Part shown: positions 20,840-30,298 of the stretch, piece after piece
Layout of the letters: the number at the start of each line of letters is the position of its first letter
Numbering within the stretch: the first letter of the stretch is position 1
From: an uncultured bacterium
Lineage (GTDB): Bacteria > Myxococcota_A > Bradymonadia > UBA7976 > VGTA01
Direction: 5' to 3'
NCBI GenBank assembly: GCA_943788935.1
Contig: CALSSE010000003.1
Location: 150,493 to 214,492, forward strand
Length of the DNA stretch: 64,000 nt
Program-made: the position numbers and the translations under genes
Notes under the pieces: model-generated
Told to the model about the DNA's origin: nothing
The model's database searches: none
Seen by the model: only the letters and a program-made list of their open reading frames with translations

Positions 20840-20990
20840 TTAAGCTCTCAGATGAATAAGTGAAGACCATCATACCGATAATCAACTTCATTGATTCATT
20901 GAGTGACTGTTGAATTAAACCTCTACTTGCGCTTCAGTGGTTGCGCCAAGTTAGCCTCTTCAAAGATAGATTGTTTTTTATGGAGCGAAT

Positions 20991-21554
20991 GTGTCTGTTA
21001 AACTCACTTACTGTATCCCAATAGCTAAATTTCTCATTGGGATGAGCCTCTCTCTCTTGATCTCCTTGACGCCTAATGATGTTCATGCTGATCCTATGCA
21101 AGACTCTCAGAAGCGATTCTCAGCCTATCGGGAGCGGGTGTTTCAACTCCAAAATAACGAAAATGCAAAATACATCATTGGTGAGTTGAACACTCTAAAC
21201 CAATGGATATCAGAGGCAGAGCGATACTTAAGAGATGAAGATGAGGATGAGTTTATTCAGACGGTCAGGCTCGTTCAGGCCCAACTTCGCTTAGTCGATG
21301 TGAGCCTAGAAGAGCTCAACGCTCGGGAGCAGATTCTGCGTTTGAATAAAGAAGCTAATCGCTTGGAGACGAAGGCGAAGAATGAGCGAGAAGCTGTGGT
21401 TGAGCTAGAGAAGCTCATGGGAGGTAGCTTACACTCTGCGCCCCGACCCGCGCCACCCGTTCAGCCTCCGCCAGCCATTCAGCCTCCACCACCCATTCAG
21501 CCTCCACCACCCGTTCAGCCTACGCCGCCTGTTAGAGTTGGAGGTCAACTATGA
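20991..21554 (+). CDS. Secreted coiled-coil protein with a Pro-rich PPxQPP repeat tail
   Basis: Signal peptide, then heptad-like charged region. C-terminus is PAPPVQPPPAIQPPPPIQPPPPVQPTPPV. Its stop overlaps the start of the next gene. Confidence 0.45.
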   Translation: MSVKLTYCIPIAKFLIGMSLSLLISLTPNDVHADPMQDSQKRFSAYRERVFQLQNNENAKYIIGELNTLNQWISEAERYLRDEDEDEFIQTVRLVQAQLRLVDVSLEELNAREQILRLNKEANRLETKAKNEREAVVELEKLMGGSLHSAPRPAPPVQPPPAIQPPPPIQPPPPVQPTPPVRVGGQL

Positions 21555-22717
21555 GGTTCTCTATGTCTTATACTTCCTCTGCCTTGTTAGTTCATCGCTT
21601 TATCTCCATCATTTTAGGGAGCAGCGTCCTCTTTTCCCTAGGCTGTGGTCCCCGCTTGAAGACTCCTGGACTGGTTAGTTTCGAGCAACAGAAGATGGAT
21701 ACCGTTCATCTACAATCTCTGCAGAACAAGTGCCCTGACCTAGTGACCGAGTCATTGAAGTATTATGACAAAGCCCTAGAGCTTCATAATGATAGTGAGC
21801 CTGAAGAGAGCAGCTATTATGTTAAACTCGCTCAGATCTCTTGGCAGACTGCAGAACGACGAGCGCAATACCTGAGCCATCGTCAAAAGATGTCACAGGT
21901 TAAGGCGAGGCTAGACCGAGCGCAACAGTTGCTCAAACTTTCACTACAGCATAAAAAAGAACTCAATGAGATGCGCTCAGGTCAAGCAGCGCTGATTCGT
22001 CAACAAGCGAGCGCTCTACAAGAGAATCGTAAAGCTGCTGAAGCCCAACTTGGACAACGTGTCCAACAAGCCCTACAGAGAGCAAAGGTAGAGCGAGATC
22101 GCAGCTCAGCCGTTCAGGCGAAGTCGCTCGCTAAAGGCCTGTATAAAAAGGGTGAGACGGCTATGAAATCTGCAGAAGCCGCTATACAGCGAGGTGACTT
22201 CACCAATGCCGAGCGGATCGCTCAAGGCGCTGAAGCAGACTTTAAGGCGGCGATGGAAGCCGCAAAACCGCTCTTTGCACTTGAAAATGAGAAGAGGGCG
22301 ATCGATCAAAAGATGAACGATATATTAAGAGAGGGAAGCCAAATATCAGGCGCTTCTTCAGCCATGGAGGCTCGCGGTGTCGTCATCACCCTCAACGGAA
22401 TTTATAGACGAGGTAAGCGGAGCGCTCAAGCCAATGTGATCTTAGATCAACTCATCTCAGTGATTAAGAAACACAGTACGCTGAGGTTGATCATTGAAGG
22501 TCACACCTCATCACATGGCTCAAGGAAGAAAAAGCTAAAGGTCAGCGAGTCAATGGCTAATGATATCATGAATTATGTTCGATCACAGCTCGGCTCATCA
22601 GTCCGTATCGGCGCTTTAGGTCGTGGAGACTACGCTCCGATCGTCGCCAATGGCAAGAGCCTAAAAAACGAGCGCATCGATGTCGTCTTTTTTAAGCCTC
22701 GTGTTAAATCACGTTAA
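21551..22717 (+). CDS. Coiled-coil protein with an OmpA/MotB-like C-terminal peptidoglycan-binding domain
   Basis: C-terminal VVITLNGIYRRGKRSAQAN...LIIEGHTSSHGS...NERIDVVFF fits an OmpA_C-like domain. Translationally coupled to the upstream ORF. Confidence 0.5.
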   Translation: MRFSMSYTSSALLVHRFISIILGSSVLFSLGCGPRLKTPGLVSFEQQKMDTVHLQSLQNKCPDLVTESLKYYDKALELHNDSEPEESSYYVKLAQISWQTAERRAQYLSHRQKMSQVKARLDRAQQLLKLSLQHKKELNEMRSGQAALIRQQASALQENRKAAEAQLGQRVQQALQRAKVERDRSSAVQAKSLAKGLYKKGETAMKSAEAAIQRGDFTNAERIAQGAEADFKAAMEAAKPLFALENEKRAIDQKMNDILREGSQISGASSAMEARGVVITLNGIYRRGKRSAQANVILDQLISVIKKHSTLRLIIEGHTSSHGSRKKKLKVSESMANDIMNYVRSQLGSSVRIGALGRGDYAPIVANGKSLKNERIDVVFFKPRVKSR

Positions 22718-22765
22718 TAGAAGCTCCTCTAGATCACGTGAATAGGGCTCCTAATGGAGTATCTA

Positions 22766-23377
22766 TCACTCTACATCTAGTCGTTGGCGAGTCCCCTGCT
22801 CAAGATCATAAGCGTGGTAATGCGTCATGACCCGACCATAAAGGTGCAGAGAAGCAGTAGGCTCCCCTGACTGTGGAACGCCGCTACGATGGATATGGTC
22901 CGGTTCTGGCACAAAAGTGTTAACCGCTCCCTTGGAGAGAAGGGTCACTCCAGCAGGAGAGAGCCGATAAAGATGATTCGTCTCGTCTCTTTGGATACAA
23001 GCCATCTGATGTTCAAATAAACAACCGCTTAAAACACCTACCACACCCCAAGTCCCATGATCATGAATCGGGGTATATTGACCTGGAAGCCAACAAATAG
23101 CGTAGATAGACCATTGACCATCAGGAGACTCCATGAGTCTACGTCGAGCATATGATTGCTCTCCTGCTTTCGGCCACACTAGTCGTTCGACGAGCGCCGC
23201 TACATCTTCACCCTGCTCTTCGATGAGGCGATGTAGTAGAGGCGCACAATATTCAACGATATCGGTGGAGGCTGTGAACTGACTCATCGCTTTATCGAGG
23301 AGCGAAGAGAGCTGATTAAATAAATGACTCTGAGTCACTGTGGGGTGTACTAAAGAGCTCAGCTCAATGTCTCTCAT
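22766..23377 (-). CDS. Cupin-fold cysteine dioxygenase type I family protein
   Basis: The 3-His cupin motif TPIHDHGTWGVVGVLSG compares with CDO SIHDH. Confidence 0.5.
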   Translation of the reverse strand: MRDIELSSLVHPTVTQSHLFNQLSSLLDKAMSQFTASTDIVEYCAPLLHRLIEEQGEDVAALVERLVWPKAGEQSYARRRLMESPDGQWSIYAICWLPGQYTPIHDHGTWGVVGVLSGCLFEHQMACIQRDETNHLYRLSPAGVTLLSKGAVNTFVPEPDHIHRSGVPQSGEPTASLHLYGRVMTHYHAYDLEQGTRQRLDVE

Positions 23378-23452
23378 GATAAGGCTCCTTCTATGTGTGT
23401 AAGCAGCAGATTTCCTAAAACTCTATACCTATTTAAACACTAAGTAAAATTG

Positions 23453-24613
23453 CTATTTACCCACTCTGTACTTCACCTTATCTCTCTTGGCGCTCTGCTT
23501 AGGCACGATCATCGCTAGTCCTTTACGTTTAGTAGGCAAGGTACGAACTAGCTCAATCGTTATTGGAATCTCAGGGAGAGCTGACACCATATACCAACTC
23601 AGCGCGCCTGGATCATGAAACTCACGACCGTTCACTTTTAATATAATATCATTTCGCTTGATCCCTGCGATGTCGGCCGGTCCTCCCTCTGCAACTCTCT
23701 TAACCCTCACTCCTACAGGAGTCATATACCCCGCTCTCTTTGCTCGATTATAGCTCACTTTGGAGAGGTTCAAACCGACGTAGCTTCGCTTAAACTCTCC
23801 CGACTGTCGAAGTTGTTCTATAACAGGCTTTATTCTCGAGATCGGTAACGCGAGAGACATGCCGACTGCGCCTTCACGAATCGCAGTGTTCATCCCAACC
23901 ATAAATCCCTCTTGATCGATTAATGGCCCACCGCTATTGCCGGGATTGAGAGTGATGTTGGTCTGAATAAACCCAGGGAAATATCGAGCCCATTCAGAGA
24001 GCCTAGCTCCTCTATGATGAGCGCTAATGACCCCTGTAGATAGGGAATAAGGCATTGAATAAGGGTGACCTACCGCGGCGACCCAGCTCCCGATAGGAGG
24101 GAGAGCTGTTCGATAGCAAGCGCTAGGCAGATCGGCGAGGGCCTCAGGTGTTTGAGTCTCCAACAAAGCGATATCGAGTTCTTTATAGACCCCAACAAGT
24201 CGAAGACGAATGACCCTTCGATGGTGCGTTCGAGCGCGTAGCTCAGAGTACCCTTTAATCACATGAGCGTTGGTGACGATATACCTCTCCGAGCCCCAAA
24301 TGATCGCGCTCCCTTCACTCTTGGGGACAAAGGTGTCCTTAGTTTTGGGTATCTTCGCCTTGACGATCTCTCCGGCAGCGATACTCAGTACCCATGGTTT
24401 AGTGAGCGAAAACGCTTCCGTGAAATCTTGGGGGGCGCGTTGATTATGAGCCTGACCTAAGTGATGACGAAGAGTCGCTCTTCCTCTTGGATCTACAGCC
24501 CCGCTGGCACAACGGACCTCTTGAGCAGAAGAACTTTGAGGGATCAATACTCCTAATAAGAGCCATAACAGGATAGCCGTTACGAGAAGTGTATGCCGCT
24601 CTAGGTTCATCAA
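23453..24613 (-). CDS. HtrA/DegP-like trypsin-family serine protease with a C-terminal PDZ domain
   Basis: Signal peptide. S1C catalytic motif TLNPGNSGGPLIDQEGFMVGMNTAI. C-terminal PDZ-like region. Confidence 0.75.
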   Translation of the reverse strand: MMNLERHTLLVTAILLWLLLGVLIPQSSSAQEVRCASGAVDPRGRATLRHHLGQAHNQRAPQDFTEAFSLTKPWVLSIAAGEIVKAKIPKTKDTFVPKSEGSAIIWGSERYIVTNAHVIKGYSELRARTHHRRVIRLRLVGVYKELDIALLETQTPEALADLPSACYRTALPPIGSWVAAVGHPYSMPYSLSTGVISAHHRGARLSEWARYFPGFIQTNITLNPGNSGGPLIDQEGFMVGMNTAIREGAVGMSLALPISRIKPVIEQLRQSGEFKRSYVGLNLSKVSYNRAKRAGYMTPVGVRVKRVAEGGPADIAGIKRNDIILKVNGREFHDPGALSWYMVSALPEIPITIELVRTLPTKRKGLAMIVPKQSAKRDKVKYRVGK

Positions 24614-24625
24614 GAGATTGAGCGC

Positions 24626-24979
24626 TTATTGAGTTACAGAGAGGTAAGCGACCTTCAGCTCTTTAATAGAGGCCGCTAAATGACGCGACTCCTCATAGCT
24701 GAGGTGACCCTTAGTGCGCTTCTCGAGGACTTCAAGTATATCAATCATCTGTTTGGCAACCTCGAGATCGATCTCCTCACCATAGTCATTGATAATGCCT
24801 AGATGAACGAGCGCTGCGGTCTTCAGTGAGAGGATATGAGTCAGAAACACAACCTCATCTGGAGAACTATTTCTTGGAATTTGAGGAAGCTCATACTCTT
24901 TATCAGCCCCACGCTCATCGATCGCAGCGTCACCTTGAGGACCGACGTTAATGACCCTCTCAGTTGTCGACTTGCTCAT
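24626..24979 (-). CDS. DUF1844-like small protein
   Basis: The core FLTHILSLKTAALVHLGII resembles DUF1844. Confidence 0.4.
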   Translation of the reverse strand: MSKSTTERVINVGPQGDAAIDERGADKEYELPQIPRNSSPDEVVFLTHILSLKTAALVHLGIINDYGEEIDLEVAKQMIDILEVLEKRTKGHLSYEESRHLAASIKELKVAYLSVTQ

Positions 24980-25208
24980 GAACTACTCCCTCAGCGGCCT
25001 CAGTGGCCTCGGCGACCTCAGCGGCTTTCGCAGCCTCAGCGGCCTCAGCGGCCTCAGCGGCCAATTCAGCTTCAGTTTTTCGAAACCGCACATTTTCAGA
25101 GAGGTCAGGGAGCTGTCCTAAGTGTGTAACGAGCTCTTCTTGACTGAGCTCTCCACTCCTTAATTGTTTGTCACGGAGTCGCTTATCTAATGTCAATGTG
25201 GTGATCAA
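24960..25208 (-). CDS. Small hypothetical protein with (AEAAE)n tail
   Basis: 82-aa ORF overlapping the previous ORF by 20 bp. Low-complexity Ala/Glu repeat. Weak coding support. Confidence 0.3.
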   Translation of the reverse strand: MITTLTLDKRLRDKQLRSGELSQEELVTHLGQLPDLSENVRFRKTEAELAAEAAEAAEAAKAAEVAEATEAAEGVVHEQVDN

Positions 25209-25318
25209 AGTGTCACTCCTTCTGTGGGGTATGGCAGAACATTATTAAATGTGCTCACAACGCCTCCTATGTCAAGGGCGCAATGACCGCTTAAGAATGA
25301 AATCGACCTAAACGTTAC

Positions 25319-26341
25319 TTATCGATCCTCTATACTAAGTTTGAGCTCTTCCAAGGCCTCACTCATACTCCGCGCAGGTTGATAACCTAGATCTTTTTTT
25401 GCGCGCTCGATGTTGAACCAATGAGCGGTAGAGAGCTGCTCTGCGATAAACTTAGTCATCATCGGCTCTTCTTTTATACTAAATAATCGATACATTCGCT
25501 CTAGTATATTGCCTACCATCATCGCGACTCGAGGAGAGATCGTTTTCCGTGGATAGCTTACACCGTGAGCTTCTAAAATCCCTTCGATAAGTTCAACGAT
25601 TGGCCATGGCTCATCTTGAGTAATAAAGTAGGCTTGGCCCGCACAAGCCGCCCCCGAGTGTAGACGATCGAAAGCGTCCCAATGTGCTCGGGCTGCATCT
25701 TCGATATAGACTGAATCCACAAGTTTATGGGGCGCTAGATACCTGAGTTTTCCTCTTCGTGCTCGGTCGAGTAATCGAGGAGTCAAGTGACGATCTCCTG
25801 GACCCCAGATCAAATGAGGCCTTAGCGCGACGACATTAAGTGTATCGCTCTGCGCCTGAAGTACTCGACGCTCGGCCTCCGCTTTTGTTCGCGGGTAGTC
25901 AGCGATAAAATGAGAGGGATATGGTAAGCTCTCATCTTCTCCTTCGATATCACCTCCAGCGTGAATAACGCTCGGGCTACTCGTAAAGATAAGTTTAGGA
26001 ATCTTAAGCTGCTGACAGGCCTCAATCACTTGATCTGTCCCGCCGATATTTGTGCGCTCATATTCTCTCGTATCCCCCCAGGCACCGGCTTTGGCTGCGA
26101 CATGAAAAATCGCGTCACAACCGCTAGCTAGCGAGAGGATAAAACCATCCTCTGCGATATCCCCTCGGGTCATATTTACCCCCAGGGATTCAATGTCTGG
26201 ATAAGACCCCCTAGCGACCCCTCTGACTTCGACCCCTCTAGCTAAGCCCTGTTTGGCGATCTCAGCGCCTAGAAAGCCACCGGCGCCAGTGATCAAGACT
26301 CTTGGTTTCATTTCTATCTTTTGGTCAACTGTAACGCTCAT
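25319..26341 (-). CDS. oleD: OleD: NAD(P)H-dependent 2-alkyl-3-ketoalkanoic acid reductase (3-beta-HSD/extended SDR family)
   Basis: Rossmann motif VLITGAGGFLGAEIA and YxxxK (YPRTK). It is the last gene of the oleABCD-ordered cluster. Confidence 0.7.
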   Translation of the reverse strand: MSVTVDQKIEMKPRVLITGAGGFLGAEIAKQGLARGVEVRGVARGSYPDIESLGVNMTRGDIAEDGFILSLASGCDAIFHVAAKAGAWGDTREYERTNIGGTDQVIEACQQLKIPKLIFTSSPSVIHAGGDIEGEDESLPYPSHFIADYPRTKAEAERRVLQAQSDTLNVVALRPHLIWGPGDRHLTPRLLDRARRGKLRYLAPHKLVDSVYIEDAARAHWDAFDRLHSGAACAGQAYFITQDEPWPIVELIEGILEAHGVSYPRKTISPRVAMMVGNILERMYRLFSIKEEPMMTKFIAEQLSTAHWFNIERAKKDLGYQPARSMSEALEELKLSIEDR

Positions 26342-26381
26342 AGTGACAGTTCTCCTCTGCTAAAGCGCCCATTCTTGGGAA

Positions 26382-28148
26382 CTAAACTTTAATAACTCGC
26401 TCCGAATGCGTCACGACCCATGCCTGTAAGATCTCACGTTTAATCTTAGCATTATGACGAGTGTCTACAGGGAAACTCGGGTGTTGTATAATGCCATAGA
26501 GACCTCCAAGCCAGTTCGACTTATCGATGTGTTGCTTGATGTTATGGCTTACCGTATCCCATGTGGCTCCATCGATCAGCTCTACGCAGACCACTGGTCC
26601 CCGTTGGTTTGCCACGAGAGCTGTTCTCTGTATCCCCTCTAATTGATTAAGCGGACCCTCAACGCAATGAGGTAGCCAACGCTCCATTACTTCCTCTTTA
26701 ACAATATCGACTCTGTGACTTTTTCTACCACACAGCCAGAGGAACCCATCTTGATCAAGATAACCAAGGTCACCCATACGGTGACTCATGTGCTGTCCCG
26801 ATATCTCATCCACACCGGGAGGGGCGCCAATGATCTTGGAGAGCCTATCCCCTTGAGGATGAGCGAGGTAGCCTTGAGTCGTCGAAGGGCCGTAGACGAC
26901 TACCTCCCCCACAAGTTGAAACGCATTTTTTGGAGTGATCACTTCTCCTAGGGTGAGAGCGACCTCTAGCGGCTCAGCATCTTTCCAGGTCGAGATCATC
27001 TCATCATTGACTCGAATAATGTGTACCGCGACCCCCGGTGTTGGCCTGCCAACACAAACCCCAAGACCTCGACGGTGCCCAAGTCGGCCTCTCTCTATCA
27101 CTTCTTGGCAGGAGATAGAGGACACAGGTAATGACTCTGTCGCTCCATAAGGAGTAAAGATTTCAGCATCTTGATGACAAGATGCTCTGAGCGTCTCCAT
27201 CTCTTCAACCGGAACCGGAGCGCCTGCAGAGATGATCCTCTTTAGAGTTAAAGATCTTGGTTTGACTTTGACCGCAGCGGAGAGACGCCTCAATAAGGCG
27301 GGAGAGCAAAAAAGATTCTCTGCTCCAAAATCATTAATGACCGCGAAGATCTCTTCAGGATCTGCTTTAGCAGGAGCACCATAGTCCATGATCGGGAAAA
27401 CCGCGCTCATCCCTAATGCAGGATCAAAGAGGGCAAATAAGGGGAAGGTAGGCACATCAAAAGCGCCTCGTCGAAAAGGATACAATGACTGTAACAACTC
27501 TACCTGAGCAGTAAAGTGACGATGCCGATAGATCGCTCCTTTGGGAGCGCCTGTGCTCCCGCTTGTATAGAGGATGGCTGCCACCGCGTTAGGATCACTC
27601 TCCGCTAGATAATGAGAGGGCGTATCCGAGAAGCCTGTGTAAGCCTCTCGTAGATGATGATCTCCTAGCCAATGATGGATGATTGACCACCATCTGCCTC
27701 TCCATCCATTTCTTTGCGCCTCTCCGACCACGATGGTGCGCTTCACCGTTTTCTTACCCCAACCGAGAAGGATTCTCGCTAAATGGGCGATTGAGATCCC
27801 AATAAATAATTCGGGAGCGGCGGCGGCGATACACCCCTTTAAGTCTCGCTTATCCATACCCGGATCGATGAGGATAGGTACGATCCCAGCTTTGAATAGT
27901 CCAAAGGTGATCGCAAATAGCTCAGGCCCAGGGCGGACCATAAGTACCGCTTTAGCACCTTTCTGAATCCCGATATCTGCTAACCAAGCCGCGATGTCTG
28001 CGCTCTCTTGATTAAGTTGTTCGAAGGTCTGAATGGTATAAGCGCGACGGCCTTCTCGATTCTTACCAAGCGCACAAATCACCGAGGGTAGATTAGGGGT
28101 CTCCTTCGCTTTAGATATCAAGTGCTCGGCGATATTTTTGATGGTCAT
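26382..28148 (-). CDS. oleC: OleC: AMP-dependent synthetase/ligase family beta-lactone synthetase
   Basis: AMP-binding motif LYTSGSTGAPKGA. Length 588 aa. Sits between the oleB and oleD homologues. Confidence 0.75.
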   Translation of the reverse strand: MTIKNIAEHLISKAKETPNLPSVICALGKNREGRRAYTIQTFEQLNQESADIAAWLADIGIQKGAKAVLMVRPGPELFAITFGLFKAGIVPILIDPGMDKRDLKGCIAAAAPELFIGISIAHLARILLGWGKKTVKRTIVVGEAQRNGWRGRWWSIIHHWLGDHHLREAYTGFSDTPSHYLAESDPNAVAAILYTSGSTGAPKGAIYRHRHFTAQVELLQSLYPFRRGAFDVPTFPLFALFDPALGMSAVFPIMDYGAPAKADPEEIFAVINDFGAENLFCSPALLRRLSAAVKVKPRSLTLKRIISAGAPVPVEEMETLRASCHQDAEIFTPYGATESLPVSSISCQEVIERGRLGHRRGLGVCVGRPTPGVAVHIIRVNDEMISTWKDAEPLEVALTLGEVITPKNAFQLVGEVVVYGPSTTQGYLAHPQGDRLSKIIGAPPGVDEISGQHMSHRMGDLGYLDQDGFLWLCGRKSHRVDIVKEEVMERWLPHCVEGPLNQLEGIQRTALVANQRGPVVCVELIDGATWDTVSHNIKQHIDKSNWLGGLYGIIQHPSFPVDTRHNAKIKREILQAWVVTHSERVIKV

Positions 28149-28202
28149 CGTAGTGTCCTCAAGTCGCTAATATCCTCAAGTCGCTAATATCCTCAGTGAG
28201 CA

Positions 28203-29177
28203 TTAAGCAGGGTGAGGAGCGTGATATAAGAAGTTAACAATCTTAGGGATCAGATCGCTCTCTTCGTCTTCGAGAATATAATGCCCACTCTCTGGATAAA
28301 TATGGCTCTCAGCATCGGGGAACCGGCTCTTCCAAATCTTGAGGAAAGTGTGATCAAAAACAAAATCTTTAAGACCCCACCCAATGAGCATCGGCTTATC
28401 CGTCAGCGTAGGGAGTTTAGCTTGGGTCTCTTCAACGACCTGATAGGCGAGATCTCGTCGATGAAGTGGGATATCTTTGACGAATCGATGTGTAGCGACC
28501 CGCGTCGCCCAAGAGTGGTAAGGAGCGGTGTACGCTCGCGCGATCTGCTTGGAGAGGGGTTTCATACAAGCCCAGCGGGTGGCCAAGCCACTAAAGGCAT
28601 TGAGTCCTTGTATAAGGACCTGGCCCAGCCTGGTGTTCCGACCTAGCCACAGCGTGAATGGGAGGCGCTTATCTCCGGGGATATGAAAAGCGGAAGTATT
28701 TAGAACGACTATTTTGTTGATACGTTGTGGGTAGCGAGCCGCATAAGCCATTCCGATCATCCCACCCCAATCGTGGACGACGAGATTAATCTGCTCTTCC
28801 CCTAGCCCTAAAGAGTCCAACCATTCTTCGAGGTCATCGACCCTTTGAGAGAGGGTGTATTGATAGGCTCTATCATCTGGCTTATCCGAGAATCCACAGC
28901 CAATATGATCAAGAGCGAGGGCCCGACCACCGACCTCACTCACCGCAGTGAGGAGGTTCCGATAATAAAATGACCATGTCGGGTTTCCGTGTACCATGAC
29001 CGTCGGAGCTACAGTATGTGATGACTCTATTCGAGAGGGTAGATCAACATAGCTCATAGTATGCCCAGAGCGCAGAGTTAATCGTCGTGTATCAAAAGGA
29101 TAGAGCGCTTTATAAGGTTTAAACCAATCAGGGTGGCTCAGCGCCTTATCACTCACAGCGTGATCTCCTCTCCCCAT
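28203..29177 (-). CDS. oleB: OleB: alpha/beta-hydrolase (haloalkane-dehalogenase-like) beta-lactone decarboxylase
   Basis: VMVHGNPTWSFYYRN and the nucleophile elbow LVVHDWGGMIG. Overlaps the oleA stop by 25 bp. Confidence 0.75.
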   Translation of the reverse strand: MGRGDHAVSDKALSHPDWFKPYKALYPFDTRRLTLRSGHTMSYVDLPSRIESSHTVAPTVMVHGNPTWSFYYRNLLTAVSEVGGRALALDHIGCGFSDKPDDRAYQYTLSQRVDDLEEWLDSLGLGEEQINLVVHDWGGMIGMAYAARYPQRINKIVVLNTSAFHIPGDKRLPFTLWLGRNTRLGQVLIQGLNAFSGLATRWACMKPLSKQIARAYTAPYHSWATRVATHRFVKDIPLHRRDLAYQVVEETQAKLPTLTDKPMLIGWGLKDFVFDHTFLKIWKSRFPDAESHIYPESGHYILEDEESDLIPKIVNFLYHAPHPA

Positions 29178-30199
29178 ACGACCTCCACCATTTGACAGTT
29201 GAGTCCGCTCCCTATCGCCATAAGAGCGATTCGTTGGTCAGGCTCAAACTTACCCTCAGCCGCTGCCTTAGAGAGGGTGATCGGTACGGCAGCAGGTCCA
29301 ATATTACCGAGCTCATCAAAGGTAATATGCGCTTTCTCAAGGGGTAAACCTAATGTCTGTCCTAGGGTCATTGTATGAACTTGACTCACTTGGTGCAAGA
29401 TAAGGTGGTCAAGTGCGTCAGCGCTCCAGTCCATCTCCTCTTGAGTGATGCGCCACACTCGATCTGCGAGACCGACACCTGCAGAGAGTAAGCGCTTAGT
29501 GTCAGTCTTCATGAACGTAGGGTGGCCTTCGCAGAGGTCAGCGTGCTCTGTTTGAGCGAGGAGCACACCACCACGATATTGAGGAGCCTTCGGGGCGAGC
29601 TCTTTACGACACAAGATCATGGCCGCTCCTCCCGACCCAAGTGTAAGAGAAGCAAACTGAGACCGGACATCAAGCGCTGTGGTCTTAGGATCTAAGAGCC
29701 TCTCTATTGTCGCTTCTGTGACCTCTCTGCTGCTCTCACCATCGACTACGATCCCATAGTCGATCCGCCCTAGCTCGATGAGCGTAGCGATAAAGTCCAT
29801 CCCGTTGATGAAGCCGAGACACGCATTTCCGATATCGTAGTTGAGCGCCCTCTGTGAGAGACCTAAATGATGATGAACTCTGCAAGCTGTAGAGGGTTCA
29901 AGAAAATCTCGACACACCGATGTGTTCACCAAAGCGCCAATAGACTCAGGTGAGATCCCAGCTCTCTCTATCGCGACTCGACCTGCGAGGGTCGCGGCAT
30001 CACTCGGTTTTGTCCCTTGATCCCAATATCGTCTCGCTCTAATACCGGCAACCTTCTCTAATATACCTCGCCTCATCCCTAAGCGCTCGAAGGTCGGAGC
30101 AAGTCGGTCTTCGAGAGCTGCTGAAGTAATGCGATGTGGTGCATCAGCGTGAGCTAGACTTTTAATACTGACATGTTGAAAAGGCTTAAAATGTTTCAT
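29153..30199 (-). CDS. oleA: OleA: FabH-like thiolase-fold acyl-CoA head-to-head condensing enzyme
   Basis: KAS III-like fold with an active-site Cys context YDIGNACLGFINGMD. It is the first gene of the four-gene ole operon. Confidence 0.75.
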   Translation of the reverse strand: MKHFKPFQHVSIKSLAHADAPHRITSAALEDRLAPTFERLGMRRGILEKVAGIRARRYWDQGTKPSDAATLAGRVAIERAGISPESIGALVNTSVCRDFLEPSTACRVHHHLGLSQRALNYDIGNACLGFINGMDFIATLIELGRIDYGIVVDGESSREVTEATIERLLDPKTTALDVRSQFASLTLGSGGAAMILCRKELAPKAPQYRGGVLLAQTEHADLCEGHPTFMKTDTKRLLSAGVGLADRVWRITQEEMDWSADALDHLILHQVSQVHTMTLGQTLGLPLEKAHITFDELGNIGPAAVPITLSKAAAEGKFEPDQRIALMAIGSGLNCQMVEVVWGEEITL

Positions 30200-30298
30200 A
30201 ATTAATCTCTAAAGGGGATGGATTGTATGAGGATAAGATGAGTCGAACTCGTTGGAATCTTGGAGATTGATGATCGCTATGCTAATGACCTGAAATCT

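Noticed and set aside
24836-25129. Plus-strand ORF encoding PQRPQRPQRP
   Set aside because: It is the mirror of the (AEAAE)n repeat on the minus strand. It overlaps two minus-strand genes and is low complexity.
28281-28646. Plus-strand ORFs inside the ole genes (28281..28646, 26454..26642, 26715..27150, 27679..27966)
   Set aside because: They are antisense to well-supported oleB and oleC coding sequence. They are short with no motif support.
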